From contig NC_058369.1 in the NCBI RefSeq assembly GCF_018350175.1, positions 19,718,001 through 19,782,000 of the forward strand: DNA of 64,000 nt. Direction: 5' to 3'. Position 1 is the stretch's first letter, and each line of letters starts with the position of its first letter. The translations under genes and the position numbers were made by a program. Below the pieces are notes generated by a model that was not told where the DNA came from, made no database searches, and worked only from the letters and a program-made list of their open reading frames with translations. Of the stretch, positions 12,575-25,002 are shown piece by piece. This DNA comes from Felis catus. Lineage: Eukaryota.

Positions 12575-14010
12575 TGAAGTTTAAATAGATATGTGTTTGT
12601 CTCCCTTGGATCTGTGGTGGGCAGAGGAGTATTGTAAATTTTTTTGTAACTTTATGTATATACTTGAAATCAAATTTGTCAGAGGTTCAGAGTGATGCTG
12701 ATAATCTAAGTCTCATGTGATCTTTGACAAGTGAATGGCCCAGGCATTTCAAACTTTTGTTTCTCTTCTCTTTGTATTCTCATTTCCTACACATTCACTG
12801 CTCTTTCCTAGTGTGCCTTCATCGGGATACACCGTTGGTTTTGTGGAGAGAATACATGAAACAGATCTTTGGAGATCAGAGTTCTGTTTCTAGTTCTGTT
12901 GTGGATGATTTATGACAGCATGACCTTGTGGTGCCTCAGGTTCCCCTCTATAAGATATACAAGATAGCTATTTTTTTAATGGAAATTTTAGCTACATAGG
13001 TGAAGTTTGAGCTTTTGGAGGAAAATTACAGTTTATTTTAAGAAATTGCTCACAATTTTTTTCTATCACAGTTTGGGTGCTACTACTAGGACTGAAAAAG
13101 ATTATGCATCTTTGCATCAGATCTTTATTCTTTTTTGTGTCAGGTCTTTATTCTTTTTAATTGTATTTTTATTACTAAATATGACCATAAATTTACAAAC
13201 ACTTTAGTAACAATTTATTATGGCATATATATCTGGATGAATCTTATGCTTAGAGAAGGCACGTTGGTAGATTATATAAGGATTCTAGTAATATTGAGTT
13301 TTTTTCAAAAAATATTTGGAATGCCCCTCAAAGTAACCTTACAAACTCTAAAATGTTGAAAATTTGCTACTGTGTTGAAAATAATGGAACTTTTAAGTTA
13401 CAATGGAGTATTGAATATTTGTACTTGATTTTGCTTCTTTCTGAAACACTACAGAATGAAAGTATAGGGATTTAAAAAATGCAATACACCCACTAGGACA
13501 AGCAAAGTTGGCAAGGCATTGGAAGAGTGGAAAACATGACTTAACACACCCAAGATAGCTGAACCCCAAGCATGTAGTAGGAATAGCTGGGAACCAACCT
13601 TATTTACACTGCAGATCCTTAAAAGGCATAGGAATTATAGCATCAGGTACTTTTAGAAATGAGGATGAAATCATACAGGTCTTCTCCCTTGTTTCATCTC
13701 CTTTGGTGGCAGCTCTCCCTCATACTGATAAAAGTTTTGAGGTTTTTTTTTTTTTTTTTTTGATAGAGGATAGAGCATCTGTGGATTGGGAGACTTCCTG
13801 CACAGTTACAAAGGAAATAGGCTTTGTATTTAAAATGGGATTAAGTGACAGCATTCATACTGAATATTGAATATAGAAACTTCTAGTCTTCATCTCCCAC
13901 TTGGCTCTCAAAATCCTGGCAGCCAGACCTTTACCTTCCAAAACAGGAGATTAGAAGACTCTTTTGGGACAGTCTAAATAGGGCAAGATGAGGGACTTAA
14001 AGATGTTGAT

Positions 14011-14821
14011 TGTGCCAGTTATTGACTTACTGTCTCTGAGTTCTGAACCTGCCCTTCTTAGCCCTTTTTTATGATACTAGAGCTGGAGACTCAGCAAACC
14101 ACATTTCTTCTCTGCCAGCTGAATCTTTATTAGGTTCTGCCAATAAGGAGGCACTGTAGGGAGACTACTAGGCTGGAGGATGAAGAGCTTGGTTCTTCCT
14201 GTTTTTATTTTATCCCTGTAGCAAACTGCTCTGCAGGCAGTTGGTCCCTATAGTATTCTCTATGGCAAGCAGTGGTCTTGGTTCTGATGAGTGGCCTCCA
14301 GCAATTCTCACTGTAGCAGTTTCTGCAGTAGTCTACCATTTCATCAGAGATCAGTATCTTAGCTTTTTGGGACCCCTTCTGTAAGTTACTAAGCTTTTTT
14401 TCTTGTTTACTTTTAACTTAGCCTTAAAGGTGGCAATATCTTTTCATAGTTGCTACCTTGGTTATATCTTAGAGTTCATTTTTACATTTTAGTCATTCAC
14501 TATCTTTTACCTATTTAATGATTTAAATTTTTTTTAATGTTTGTTTATGTTTTGAGAGAGAGAGAGAGAGAGAGACAGAGAGTGAGTAGGGGAGGAGCAG
14601 AAAGAGAGGGAGACACAGAATTGGAAGCAGGCTCCAAGCTCTGAGCTGTCAGCACAGAGCCTGACATGGGGCTTGAACCCACGGACCTCAAGATCATGAC
14701 CTGAGCCAAAGTCGGACACTTAACTGACTGAGCCATCCATTGCCCCAATGATTTTTTTAAATATTAAATTTTCCTGTTTGAAAGATTGGTTTTTGTGTTC
14801 TGACTGTACCCCAGTTGATAC
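14011..14821 (+). mobile_element. ERVL LTR (LTR41/LTR52-like)
   Basis: Starts tgtgccagttattg, contains caaaccacatttcttctctgccagctg, ends attaaa...ctgactgtaccccagttgatac. Confidence 0.6.
14528..14745 (-). mobile_element. Can-SINE nested in the LTR
   Basis: Full antisense body; TSD aatgattt. Confidence 0.88.
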
Positions 14822-15874
14822 CCTGATGTCAGGGTTTTCACAACAAATGGTAGTCCCATCTCCATATAGTGAATCATAAGGTCAGCAAGATTCACCCATG
14901 CATTTAGAGTTTCCAGTTAGCTTTTTATTTCCTTTCTTTTGAATATGAACAGGCAATTAATGCTACAAGATATTTGAGGATGCGTCTAATATGAAAGATG
15001 GCTCCCTTCCTGTCCCCCCCCCCCAAAAAAAAAAGAAAAAAGAAAAAGAAACTTCTGGGAAAGAGTCTACATAGGGTGAAGAAAACTTAAAAAAAAAAAC
15101 ACAAATAAAACTTCCGAATAATGTCCTCAGAGATAAAGGAAGATATTGCATCCATGAAACTAGAATAGTATACTATTAAAAAGGCAAATTAGACAACAGC
15201 AAAGAGCTCTTGGAAATTAAAAACATAACAAGAATGGAAAACCTCAGTAGAAGGATTTGAAGATAAAGTTGAGGAAATTCCCCAGAAAGTAGAGCAAAAA
15301 TACAAGTCATAGAAGGTTAGAAAAGATAAGACAATTCAAGGTTAGCTTCAAGAGGTACATCATTTGTACAGATTCAGTAACTTAGAGGAAAGAAACTGAA
15401 AGATAGAAATAAGCTATGAAATAATTCAGGAAAAATTTCCAGAATGTAAGGACATGGGTTTCCATACTAAAAGGATGCAGCAAGTACCTAACACAAATGA
15501 ATGAAAATAGACCCATATCATTGTGAAATTTTAGAATATTGGGACTAAGAAGATTCAGCCAGCATTCAAAGATAGAAATGTATGTACCACACAAAAGATT
15601 GGACTTTAACTATGGAAGACAGTGGAGTGGTGTCTTCAAAACATTGACAGAAAATGATTTATAACCAAGAATTTTATAACCCGACCAAACTATGAATTGA
15701 ATATGAGAATTTTACTAAATATATTTTCTGACATGTGAAGTTTCAGTTGTCCTCCCATATAACTTTACTCAAGAAGCTATGAAGGGATGTGTTTCTGTAG
15801 AACAAAGCAATAAGTTAAAGAATAGAAAGATGTGGGATTCAAGAATCAGGAGAACCCAGCACAGGAGAGAATCT

Positions 15875-16386
15875 TGAACACCAGTACTCATCATAACAAG
15901 TGCCCTCCTTAATAACCATCACCCATCAAGCCCATCCCCTACTCACCTCCCTCTGTCAACCCTCAATTTGTTCTCTGTTGTTAAGAGTCTATTGTAGTTT
16001 GTTTCCCTCTCTTCTCTTCCCCCCATCCCATATGTTCATCTGTTTTGTTTCTTAAATTCCACATGAGTGAAATCATGTGGTATTTGTCTTTCTCTGATTG
16101 ACTTATTCCACTTAGCATAATACTCTCTGACTCCATCCACATCATTGCACATGACAAAATTTCATTCCTTTTGATGGCTGACTAATACTCCATTGTAGAG
16201 ATTTATCACATACATCTTCTTTATCCATTCATCAGTCGATGGACATTTGGGCTCTTTCCATAGTTTGGCTATTGTTGATAATGCTGCCAAAAACATCAGG
16301 GTGCATGGACTCCTTTGAGTCTATATTTTTGTATCCTTTGGATAAATATCTAATACTGCAATTGCTGGATCATAGGGTAGTTCTGT
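15875..16386 (-). mobile_element. Carnivore L1 3' fragment
   Basis: Reverse-complement 3'UTR and ELPYDPAI motif. Confidence 0.8.
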
Positions 16387-16452
16387 TTCCTTCCTTCCTT
16401 CCTTCCTTCCTTCCTTCCTTCCTTCCTTCCTTCCTTCCTTCCTTCCTTCCTT
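16387..16452. repeat. (TTCC)n tetranucleotide microsatellite
   Basis: About 16 perfect units at the tail of the adjacent SINE. Confidence 0.95.
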
Positions 16453-16455
16453 CTT

Positions 16456-16648
16456 TCCATACTTATTTATTTTTGAGAGAGAGGGAGAGTGTGAGTGGGG
16501 GAGGGGCAGAGAGAGAGGGAGACCGAGGATCCAAAGAGGGCTCTGTGCTGAAAGCAGAGAGCCTGGTGTGGGGCTTGAACTCCCAAACTCTGAGATCGTG
16601 ATCTGAGCTGAAGTTGGACACTTAACTGACTGAGCCACCCAGGTGCCC
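16456..16648 (-). mobile_element. Can-SINE
   Basis: Antisense body ending ccaggtgccc. Confidence 0.88.
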
Positions 16649-17160
16649 TTATATATTAAATCTGAAGACAGAATGACCAGTTGAGCTTGCCCTAGAATTT
16701 TATGTGTACTTGACTTATATAGACAAATTCCTACTCTGCTCCATACTCTGCTGCCTGTATAGCTGAGAATATTCATTCTGCCACTGTAAGTCTGTGGATA
16801 GAGGGCAAGGGATAGTCTGAAGAGTTTTTGTGAAGAAAAGGGACATCTAGAGGGGAAATAGATGGGTAGAAGGGAGGCAACTTTTGGAGATGTGGCAGTG
16901 AAGAGCTGTCTAGTAGTGCAGAAGCTTTAGAATTAGCTCTGTTGTAACTTGGAGTTTTTCTCTGCAAAAATGTAATTTGAAGTCCATAGTATCCTCCGAC
17001 ACTTAGTAATGCTGAAGGTATAAATTTTATGTGGCTTTATTAGCTGTTTTTTTTTTTTTTTTAATATGTCTTTTTGGAGATCGTGTGGAGAGATTTGATG
17101 CCTGCTGTTATTCTGGTGCCAAGTAGGAATCACCTATTCCTTTAACTTTTATGTGTGTGG

Positions 17161-17277
17161 TTTTTTTTTTTTTTTTTTTTTTTTTGAGAGAGAGGGCACC
17201 AGTGAGTGAGGGGCAGAGAGAGAATCCCAGCAGGGACGCGGCGGGGGGGGGGGGGGGGTGGGGGTGGAGAGAGACAA
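17161..17277 (-). mobile_element. Truncated felid SINE variant with a poly-G run
   Basis: Poly-T, gagagagagggcaccagtgagtgaggggcagagagagaatccc, then a G run; head missing. Confidence 0.55.
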
Positions 17278-17304
17278 ATAGCATATAATAGGGCTTTATT
17301 TTTA

Positions 17305-18010
17305 TTTATTCTGACAATCTGGATTATTTAGTCTATATGCAGGTGATTTAATTATTTTTTTAATTAGGTTTAAGGCTGTCACCTTGGTCTTTGTGCCTTA
17401 TTTTATTACTTGATTTATCATTTTTTGCATGCCTTAAATTAACTTAGCATTTTTATTGTTCTATTATTTTTCTCTATTAACTTGTTGGTTTTGAAATATT
17501 TTATTTGTAGGTGGTTATCCTAGACTTTAAAACATGCATTATTGATTTATTAGAGTCTACCTTAAATGTGTACTTTTACTACTTCCAGCAACACATGAAC
17601 GTCGCAGTGATTTCATTGCATTTACCGTCTCTTGCCTTTTGTTACCACTGTTGTCATATATGTTGCTTCTATCCATATTCATTTGTTTGTTCACATTTTT
17701 AGCCTTTCTAGTGCTTTTCCTTTCTCATTTTTCATGGTTCTACCTAGGATCATTTTCTTTTTACCACAAGTACTCCTTTTAGTAGTATTTCTTTTAGTTC
17801 AGGTTTGCTGCACGTTCATTCAGCTTCTGTTTATGTGAATCTGTTTTTAATTTGTCGTCATTTTTGAAAGATGTTTCCCCTGGGTATAGAATTCAAGGTT
17901 CATGAAGATGTTCTTATAACATTTTAAAGATTTTACTATCGATTTTCAATTTCCATAGTTTGTGTTGAAAAGTTACTGTGTGTGTTTTATTTTTCCCTTA
18001 AAGGTAATGT
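17305..18010 (-). mobile_element. Ancient L1 (L1ME-like) 5'/ORF1 region
   Basis: tcatttttgaaagatgtttcccctgggtatagaattc is typical of antisense old L1 ORF1. Confidence 0.5.
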
Positions 18011-18513
18011 GGTTCTTATCAGCTCTTTAGCTTCCTGGCTGCTGTTTTCTGCTGGGCTTCTTGGAGCCTTTCCCTGCATCCCAGTTAAGGAATTGGGCAA
18101 TCCCAAGAGTGGAAATTTTATTGGTAGCTCTCAATGTTAACCTTTTCCTCTTTATATCAGTGGAACGGTCATTTTTGCTGGCATGCTTTTATGGAAAAAG
18201 TCAGGTGAATGAAGATCTCACTTTAATGTTCTCTTTTCTAAAGGATTATAGTACCTCAAGTCTTAACTGTGATAGTTGCTATCTTATGCTTTTCACAGTT
18301 GTTTCATGTATTCATTCAGGCTTATATTTGTCCAATATAAATGGTTTGTCAGGGCTAAAACCAAAAGTTTGTAAATGTATTTTACATATTTTTGAATTCT
18401 ACAAGAGTTTTAAAAACATCTTAATCAATGGCAGTATTATTGAAATTTATGGCTCTCCAGAGTGACTAATAAAGGGAAGAAAAACTCATTTGAAAGTAAA
18501 GGATGTTAGTTTT

Positions 18514-18692
18514 TTTAAAAAAAGTTTATCTATTTCGAGAGAGAGAGACTGAGAGGGAGAGAGAGAATCCCAAGCAAGCTCTGCCCTGTCAGCGCAGAGC
18601 CTGATGTGGGGCTCGAACTCAAGAACCATGAGATCATGACGTGAACTGAGACAGAGTTAGACGCTTAACCAACCGAGCCACCCAGGTGCACC
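18514..18692 (-). mobile_element. Can-SINE
   Basis: Flanked by aaaggatgttagtttt and aaaagatcttagtttt. Confidence 0.88.
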
Positions 18693-18708
18693 AAAAGATC
18701 TTAGTTTT

Positions 18709-19524
18709 ATTTTTATTTATTTACTTATTTTTTTCAGTATAGAATTTTTTTTTCAGTATGTGAAGTTTATTGTCAAATTGGTTTCCATACAACACCCAGT
18801 GCTCATCCCAAAAGGTGCCCTCCTCAATACCCATCACCCACCCTCTCCTCCCTCCCACCCCCCATCAACCCTCAGTTTGTTCTCAGTTTTTAAGAGTCTC
18901 TTATGATTTGGCTGTCTTCCACTCTAACCTCTTTTTTTTTTTTTCCTTCCCCTCCCCCATGGGCTTCTGTTAAGTTTCTCAGGATCCACATAAGAGTGAA
19001 ACCATATGGTATCTGTCTTTCTCAGTATGGCTTATTTCACTTAGCATCACACTCTCCAGTTCCATCCACGTTGCTACAAAGGGCTATATTTCATTCTTTC
19101 TCATTGCCACGTAGTACTCCATTGTGTATATAAACCACAATTTCTTTATCCATTCATCAGTTGATGGACATTTAGGCTCTTTCCATAATTTGGCTATTAT
19201 TGAGAGTGCTGCTATAAACATTGGGGTACAAGTGCCCCTATGCATCAGTACTCCTGTGTCCCTTGGGTAAATTCCTAGCAGTGCTATTGCTGGGTCATAG
19301 GGTAGGTCTATTTTTAATTTTTTGAGGAACCTCCATGCTGTTTTCCAGAGCGGCTGCACCAGTTTGCATTCCCACCAACAGTGCAAGAGGGTTCCCGTTT
19401 CTCCACATCCTCTCCAGCATCTATAGTCTCCTGATTTGTTCATTTTGGCCACTCTGACTGGCGTGAGGTGATATCTGAGTGTGGTTTTGATTTGTATTTC
19501 CCTGATGAGGAGCGACGTTGAGCA
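18709..19524 (-). mobile_element. Young felid L1, 5'-truncated
   Basis: ORF 19084-19452 ([29 protein letters not shown]); TSD aaaagatcttagtttt. Confidence 0.92.
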
Positions 19525-19740
19525 AAAAGATCTTAGTTTTATTTTTATTTTTATTTATTTATTTTATTTTATTTTTTTTTAAGATCTTAGTTTTAAATGT
19601 GCCACTGATTTGTCTCCCATTGTTATCTTTTATACTTAGTGCTGATAAATGAAGATTTAAAATAGCATGAAGTTAGTGCAAATAAGTACACTAGATCATT
19701 TGTTGACAGTTTTTAGTGAAAATAATGGAAAGATAATTTT

Positions 19741-20899
19741 TTATTATGAATATAATTTATTGTCAAATTGGCTTACATACAACACTCTGCTCATCCCAAC
19801 AAGTCCCCTCCTCAATGCCCATCACCCATTTTCCCTCTCCCCCACCCCCTTGTCCACCCTCAGTTTGTTCTCTGTATTTAATAGTCTCTTGTGATTTGCC
19901 TCCCTCCTTCTCTGTTTGTGTCTCTTTTTTCCCCCCTCCCTTCCCCCATGGTCTTCTGTTAAGTTTCTCAAGATCCACATATGAGTGAAAACATAAGATA
20001 TCTGTCCTTCTCTGACTGACTTATTTCACTTAGCATAATACCCTCCAGTTCCATCCATGTTGCTGCAAATGGCATGACTTCATTCTTTCTCATTGCCAAG
20101 TAGTATTCCATTGTATATATAAACCACATCTTCCTTATCCATTCGTCAGTTGATGGACATTTAGACTTTTTCCATGATTTGGCTATTGTTGAAACAACTG
20201 CTGTAAACATTGGGGTACATGTGCCCCTATTCATCAGCACTCCTGTATCCTTTGGGTAAATTCCTAGTAGTGCTATTGCTGGGTCATGGGGTAGTTCTAT
20301 TTTTAATTTTTTGAGGAACCTCCACACTGTTTTCCAGAGTGGCTGCAGCAGTTTGCATTCCCACCAGCAGTGCCAAAGATATCCTCTTTCTCACGTCCTT
20401 GCCAGCATTTGTAGTTTCCTGATTTGCTCATTTTAGCCACTCTGGCCAGTGTGAGGTGGTATCTCAGTGTAGCTTTGATTTGTATTTTCCTGATGATGAG
20501 TAACATTGAGCATCTTCTCATGTGTCTGTTGGCCATCTGGATATCTTCTTTGGAAAAGCATCTATTCATGTCTTCTGCCCATTTCTTTACTGGATTATTT
20601 GTTTTTTGGGTGTTGACTTTGGTAAGTTCTTTATAGACTTTGGATACTGGCCCTTTACCCAATATGTCATTTGCAAATATCTTTTCCCATTCTGTTGGTT
20701 ACCTTTTAGTTTTGTTGATTGTTTCCCTTGCAGTGCAGAAGCTTTTTATCTTGATGAGGTCCCAGTAGTTCAATTTTGCTTTTAATTCCCTTGCCTTTGG
20801 AGATGTGTTGAATAAGAAATTGCTGCGGCTGAGGTCAAAGAAGTTTTTGCCTGCTTTCTCCTCTAGGATTTTGATGGTTTCCTGTCTCACATTTGTGTC
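19741..20899 (-). mobile_element. Felid L1, 5'-truncated
   Basis: ORF2 C-terminal fragments; TSD tggaaagat(a/t)atttt at 19726-19740 and 20900-20914. Confidence 0.92.
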
Positions 20900-21740
20900 T
20901 GGAAAGATTATTTTGAATGTAGACCTTTTGAATAAATTTCCACATTTTGAGGTTGAATTCTCTGTATAAATTTATGCAAGTGGTTGGCACTGTTTCTTGC
21001 CTGTTAGTTATATAATTGGAAAAAGGATACAGAATTGTATGAGCTGTGCATATTTTTTTGATGTATCAAAGGAAAAAAAAACAGTATTTTTAGATAATTA
21101 TAGATTTTGGTTTTGGTCCTTGATTTTATAGTTGGTCATTTAAATGATTTCTAAAGTAGATCTACATGGAAGTCTGCCTTTCATAATGAACCATGATTTT
21201 TTATTAAACTATTTTTAATCATGACATGGAGTAGAAGAGAAGTTTTGGCTTGTCTCTACTTCTGTGCCACTACTATCCCAGGATGGCGGGTGGGGATAAA
21301 TAAATTTCCATTTATTTCCTTTTGTTGATGAAGACTATGTTACACCTTTGAAATAAAAAGTTTGAAACTTCTTGTTGAAGGGTACTTTTTGCTGAACTGC
21401 ATTTGGTGCTTTTGATCTGACTTGATTGTTTTGTACCCAGAATCTTTGTAAAGAACTGCTGTTTGTTGACCATCACATGGCCTGATCTATACAGAGGCTT
21501 CATTCTTTTGGGTTAACACTGTTGACACTGTTCTGCAGCCTCTCTGTCAGTAGCCATTGTAGTGGTACTGTTGGCTCTTTTTGATAGTATAACCTCACTT
21601 ACATTGGGTGACTGGGAAGGACAATTCACAACCTAAATAATAATGCATATTTAACAAGGCAGTAAAGTCAACAGTGTTTGAGATTATAAATGTGAAAACA
21701 CCTAGCACAGAGCATAGCATAGGGACAGGTGACCACTATA

Positions 21741-21924
21741 TTTTTTTTTAAAGGGAAAGTTTTCCCTGTCATTTTATTTATTTATTTATCTAAAAAGTAA
21801 ACTCTACCCCCAACGTGGGGCTTGAACTCACAACCCTGAGATCAAGAGTTGGAAAAAATATATATATAAAAGGGAATGAAAAAAAAAAAGTTGGATGCTC
21901 TAAGGACTGAGCCAACCTGTGCTC
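21741..21924 (-). mobile_element. Short older Can-SINE interrupted by an A-rich insert
   Basis: cccaacgtggggcttgaactcacaaccctgagatcaagagttgg...atgctctaaggactgagcca. Confidence 0.75.
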
Positions 21925-22080
21925 TGACTACTACTTTTTGTCTATATGTTTAAGTAATTTTAGCTTTCAGATGAATATATAGAGATATATATTTATATAT
22001 CTATAAAATAAATAATATATATGTTAAATAATTAAATATATATTTATATATATTCACACACAAGACTCAGAATATTTTTC

Positions 22081-22275
22081 TTTTTTAAAAATGTTTATTT
22101 CTGAGAGAGAGAGAGAGCACGTGAGCACATGTGCAGGGAGGAGCAGAGAGAGGGGGAGACAGAGAATCCCAAGCACAGAGCCCAATGCAGGGATTGAACT
22201 CGTGAACCATGAGATCATGACCTGAGCTGAAATCAAGAGTTGGACACTTAACCAACTGAGCCATGCAGGCACCCC
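22081..22275 (-). mobile_element. Can-SINE
   Basis: TSD cagaatatttttc. Confidence 0.88.
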
Positions 22276-22503
22276 CAGAATATTTTTCTGAATAGACTTT
22301 TCTATTAATTAATTGGTATTTCCCTTTTTACTTATTGCTTTTCTAACCTGATGGGATTAAATTTTTAAAAAGTTTCTTTTAAAAAAATCAGAGTTTAAGT
22401 GACTTTTTTTTTTTTAATATACACAAAGGGTGTTTAACATGACTAATCATGGAAGATGTAATCCAAAGTTGACAAATGTTAATTTTTGCACTTATCTCAT
22501 TTC

Positions 22504-22549
22504 CTTTTTTTTTAATGTTTATTTTTGAGAGAAGAGAGAGAGAGAGAGA

Positions 22550-22586
<37 letters not shown>

Positions 22587-22656
22587 CTCGAACGCACAAA
22601 CCACGAGACCTGAGCCGAAGTCGGACGCTTAACTGACTGAGCCACCTAGGCACCCT
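22504..22656 (-). mobile_element. Can-SINE, internally deleted, long GA tract
   Basis: GA tract joined directly to gggctcgaac; flanked by tctcatttcc. Confidence 0.85.
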
Positions 22657-22666
22657 TCTCATTTCC

Positions 22667-22883
22667 TTTTTTTTTTTTTTAATGTTTATTTATTTCTGAG
22701 ACAGAGACAGAGCATGAGTGGGGTAGGGGCAGAGAGAGAGGGAGACACAGAATCAGAAGCAGGCTTCAGGCTCTGAGCTGTCAGCACAGAGCTCGATGCG
22801 GGGCTCGAACTCACAAACTGTGAGATCATGACCTGAGCTGAAGTCGGTTGCTCAACTGACTGAGCTAGCTACCCAGGCACCCC
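22667..22883 (-). mobile_element. Can-SINE
   Basis: Full body; flanked by tctcatttcc and tctcgtttcc. Confidence 0.9.
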
Positions 22884-22893
22884 TCTCGTTTCC

Positions 22894-23307
22894 TTTTTTA
22901 AAAATTATTTAAATTTCTTTATTTAAATTAAAGTTAGTTAACATACAGTATAGTATTGGTTTCAGGAGTAGAACCCGTCACTTAAACACCCAGTGCTCAT
23001 TCCAACCAGTGTCCCCCTTAATGCCCATCACCCATTTAGCCCTTCCCTCCATCTACCTCCCCTCCAACAACCCTCAGTTTCTCTTCTGTATTTAAGAGTT
23101 TTTATGGTTTGCCTCCCTCTCTGTTTTTATCTTATTTTTCCTTCCCTTCCCTTATGTTTATCTGTTGTGTTTCTTAAATTCCACATACGAGTGAAATCAC
23201 ATGATATTTGTTTTAACTCACTTATTTCTCTTAGCATAATACACTGTAGTTCTATCCGTGTTGTTGCAAATGGCAAGATTTCATTTTTTGATTGCTGAGT
23301 AGTATTC

Positions 23308-23362
<55 letters not shown>

Positions 23363-23684
23363 TACACACCACATCTTCTTTATCCACTCATCAGTCAATG
23401 GACATTGGGCTCTTTTTATAATTTGGCTATTGTTGATAGTGCTGCTACAAACAACAGGGTGCATATGCATTTTTTGTAACCTTTGGATAAATATTTAGTA
23501 GTGCAATTGATGGATGTTAGGTTAGTTCTATTTTTAACTTTTTTGAGGAGCCTCCATACTGTTCTCCATAGTGGCTATACCAGTTAGCATTCCCACCAAC
23601 AGTGCAAAAGGGTTCCCCTTTCTCTACATCCTCACCTACCTATATCTGTTGTTTCCTGAATTGTTAATTTTAGCCATTCTGACA
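22894..23684 (-). mobile_element. Carnivore L1 3' end containing (TA)n at 23311-23352
   Basis: Reverse-complement 3'UTR and DEWIKKMW motif; outer TSD cac(t/c)tatctcatttc. Confidence 0.87.
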
Positions 23685-24170
23685 CACCTATCTCATTTCA
23701 TTCACATAGTAAGTACTTAGCACTTATTGGCAATAAGGACTCATACACAGTACTGTGCTTCTCCCCTACTTCTGTGACAATTATCTAGTATCCTCAGTTT
23801 CTTCTCTTTATACAGTAATTACCTTTAAACAGTATAATGCTTTCCTGAGTTCTGTTGTTTTTGAATGTATAGTGAATCCTTAGCTGTCTTTCTAAAATTT
23901 ATAATTTGCTTCTTGCTCTTCAGTCTAATGTGGTTATATTTAAAAAAATCTATTTTCTATATTTTTTTCATCTCCTTTGTGGACCAATTGCTTAAGTAGA
24001 CTACACTTTGAATACCTTTTAAATTCTAAAATCCCTAGTGATTTCAGTATGAAATAGGATGTAGCACTACATTTCTGCTAGAAATTTAGTTTCATTTGTT
24101 ACCTTAATTTTTAATCACATTTTACAAAATGATATTGACATGACATTGGTATCATGGTATGGTATTTTTA

Positions 24171-24383
24171 AATTTTTTTTCAACATTTATTTATTTTTGG
24201 GACAGAGAGAGACAGAGCATGAACGGGGGAGGGGCAGAGAGAGAGGGAGACACAGAATCGGAAACAAGCTCCAGGCTCTGAGCCATCAGCCCAGAGCCTG
24301 ACGCGGGGCTCGAACTCGCAGACCGCGAGATCGTGACCTGGCTGAAGTCGGACGCTTAACCGACTGCGCCACCCAGGCGTCCC
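24171..24383 (-). mobile_element. Young felid SINE (SINEC_Fc-like)
   Basis: CpG-rich body with gccatcagcccagagcctgacgcgggg; perfect TSD tggtatggtattttta. Confidence 0.95.
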
Positions 24384-25002
24384 TGGTATGGTATTTTTAA
24401 TGTAAAAGTTTAGTTATACATTACTAAATTTTCTAATTTCACTAGTATATAATTTTATAATTTATTTTACATGATTTTCCATTTTTAGTAAATATAGTCA
24501 GTGATGTTTAAGTTGATGAAATGCATATATGTCACTTTTTCAGTGATCTATACTAGGATTATGATATCTGGGTGAAAGAAGTTTACAGGTTGGGACTGTT
24601 TCTATATCAGATGAGGCCAAGTTTGGAGGAATGTGAACTCCATAAACAAATAATTTTTTTAGATATTTGTGCCACAGTGTCACTACAAGCTTTCATCAGG
24701 TTACTAAAATCAAATCTGATTTTTCAGTGTCCACTTAATATCCTAGAGTCTTTCGTTTTAGTGTTATTTTTCCACTTTACTTTTCTATTGTTTGTCATTT
24801 TCCATCTTGTGGACCTTTATAAGTAAGTTTTTTTAAAATATGAGATTATGATTTGCATTGATTTTTTTTTAAGTGGGATTATAGCCTGCATTTTATTTTG
24901 TTTACTTGTTGTTAGTTCTTTTCCTGCCTCTTTCCAGCAGAGAACTTTTCTCAGTAGTGACTCTTATTTCTTGTGTTGATGATGTTGATATAAAGACTTT
25001 TT

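Larger units (their letters stand above)
13450..15870 (+). mobile_element. HAL1-like (half-L1) ancient LINE, interrupted by an LTR
   Basis: ggaagatattgcatccatgaaac...aaagagctcttggaaattaaaaac...gaagataaagttgaggaaattccccagaaagtagagcaaaaa resembles the HAL1 ORF region as I recall it. Confidence 0.6.

Noticed and set aside
17243..17265. Poly-G run as a regulatory G-quadruplex
   Set aside because: It lies within a truncated SINE, and homopolymer length is unreliable in assemblies.
18061..18465. 134-aa ORF outside young repeats
   Set aside because: TTG start, no recognisable domain, next to decayed ancient L1; most likely chance.
21320..21600. Non-repetitive, mixed-composition stretch that might be an exon or processed pseudogene
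   Set aside because: No recognisable peptide, splice-site pair, tail or TSD; needs a BLAST or conservation check.
21780..21924. tRNA gene
   Set aside because: The tRNA-like sequence is the head of a tRNA-derived SINE, degenerate and interrupted.
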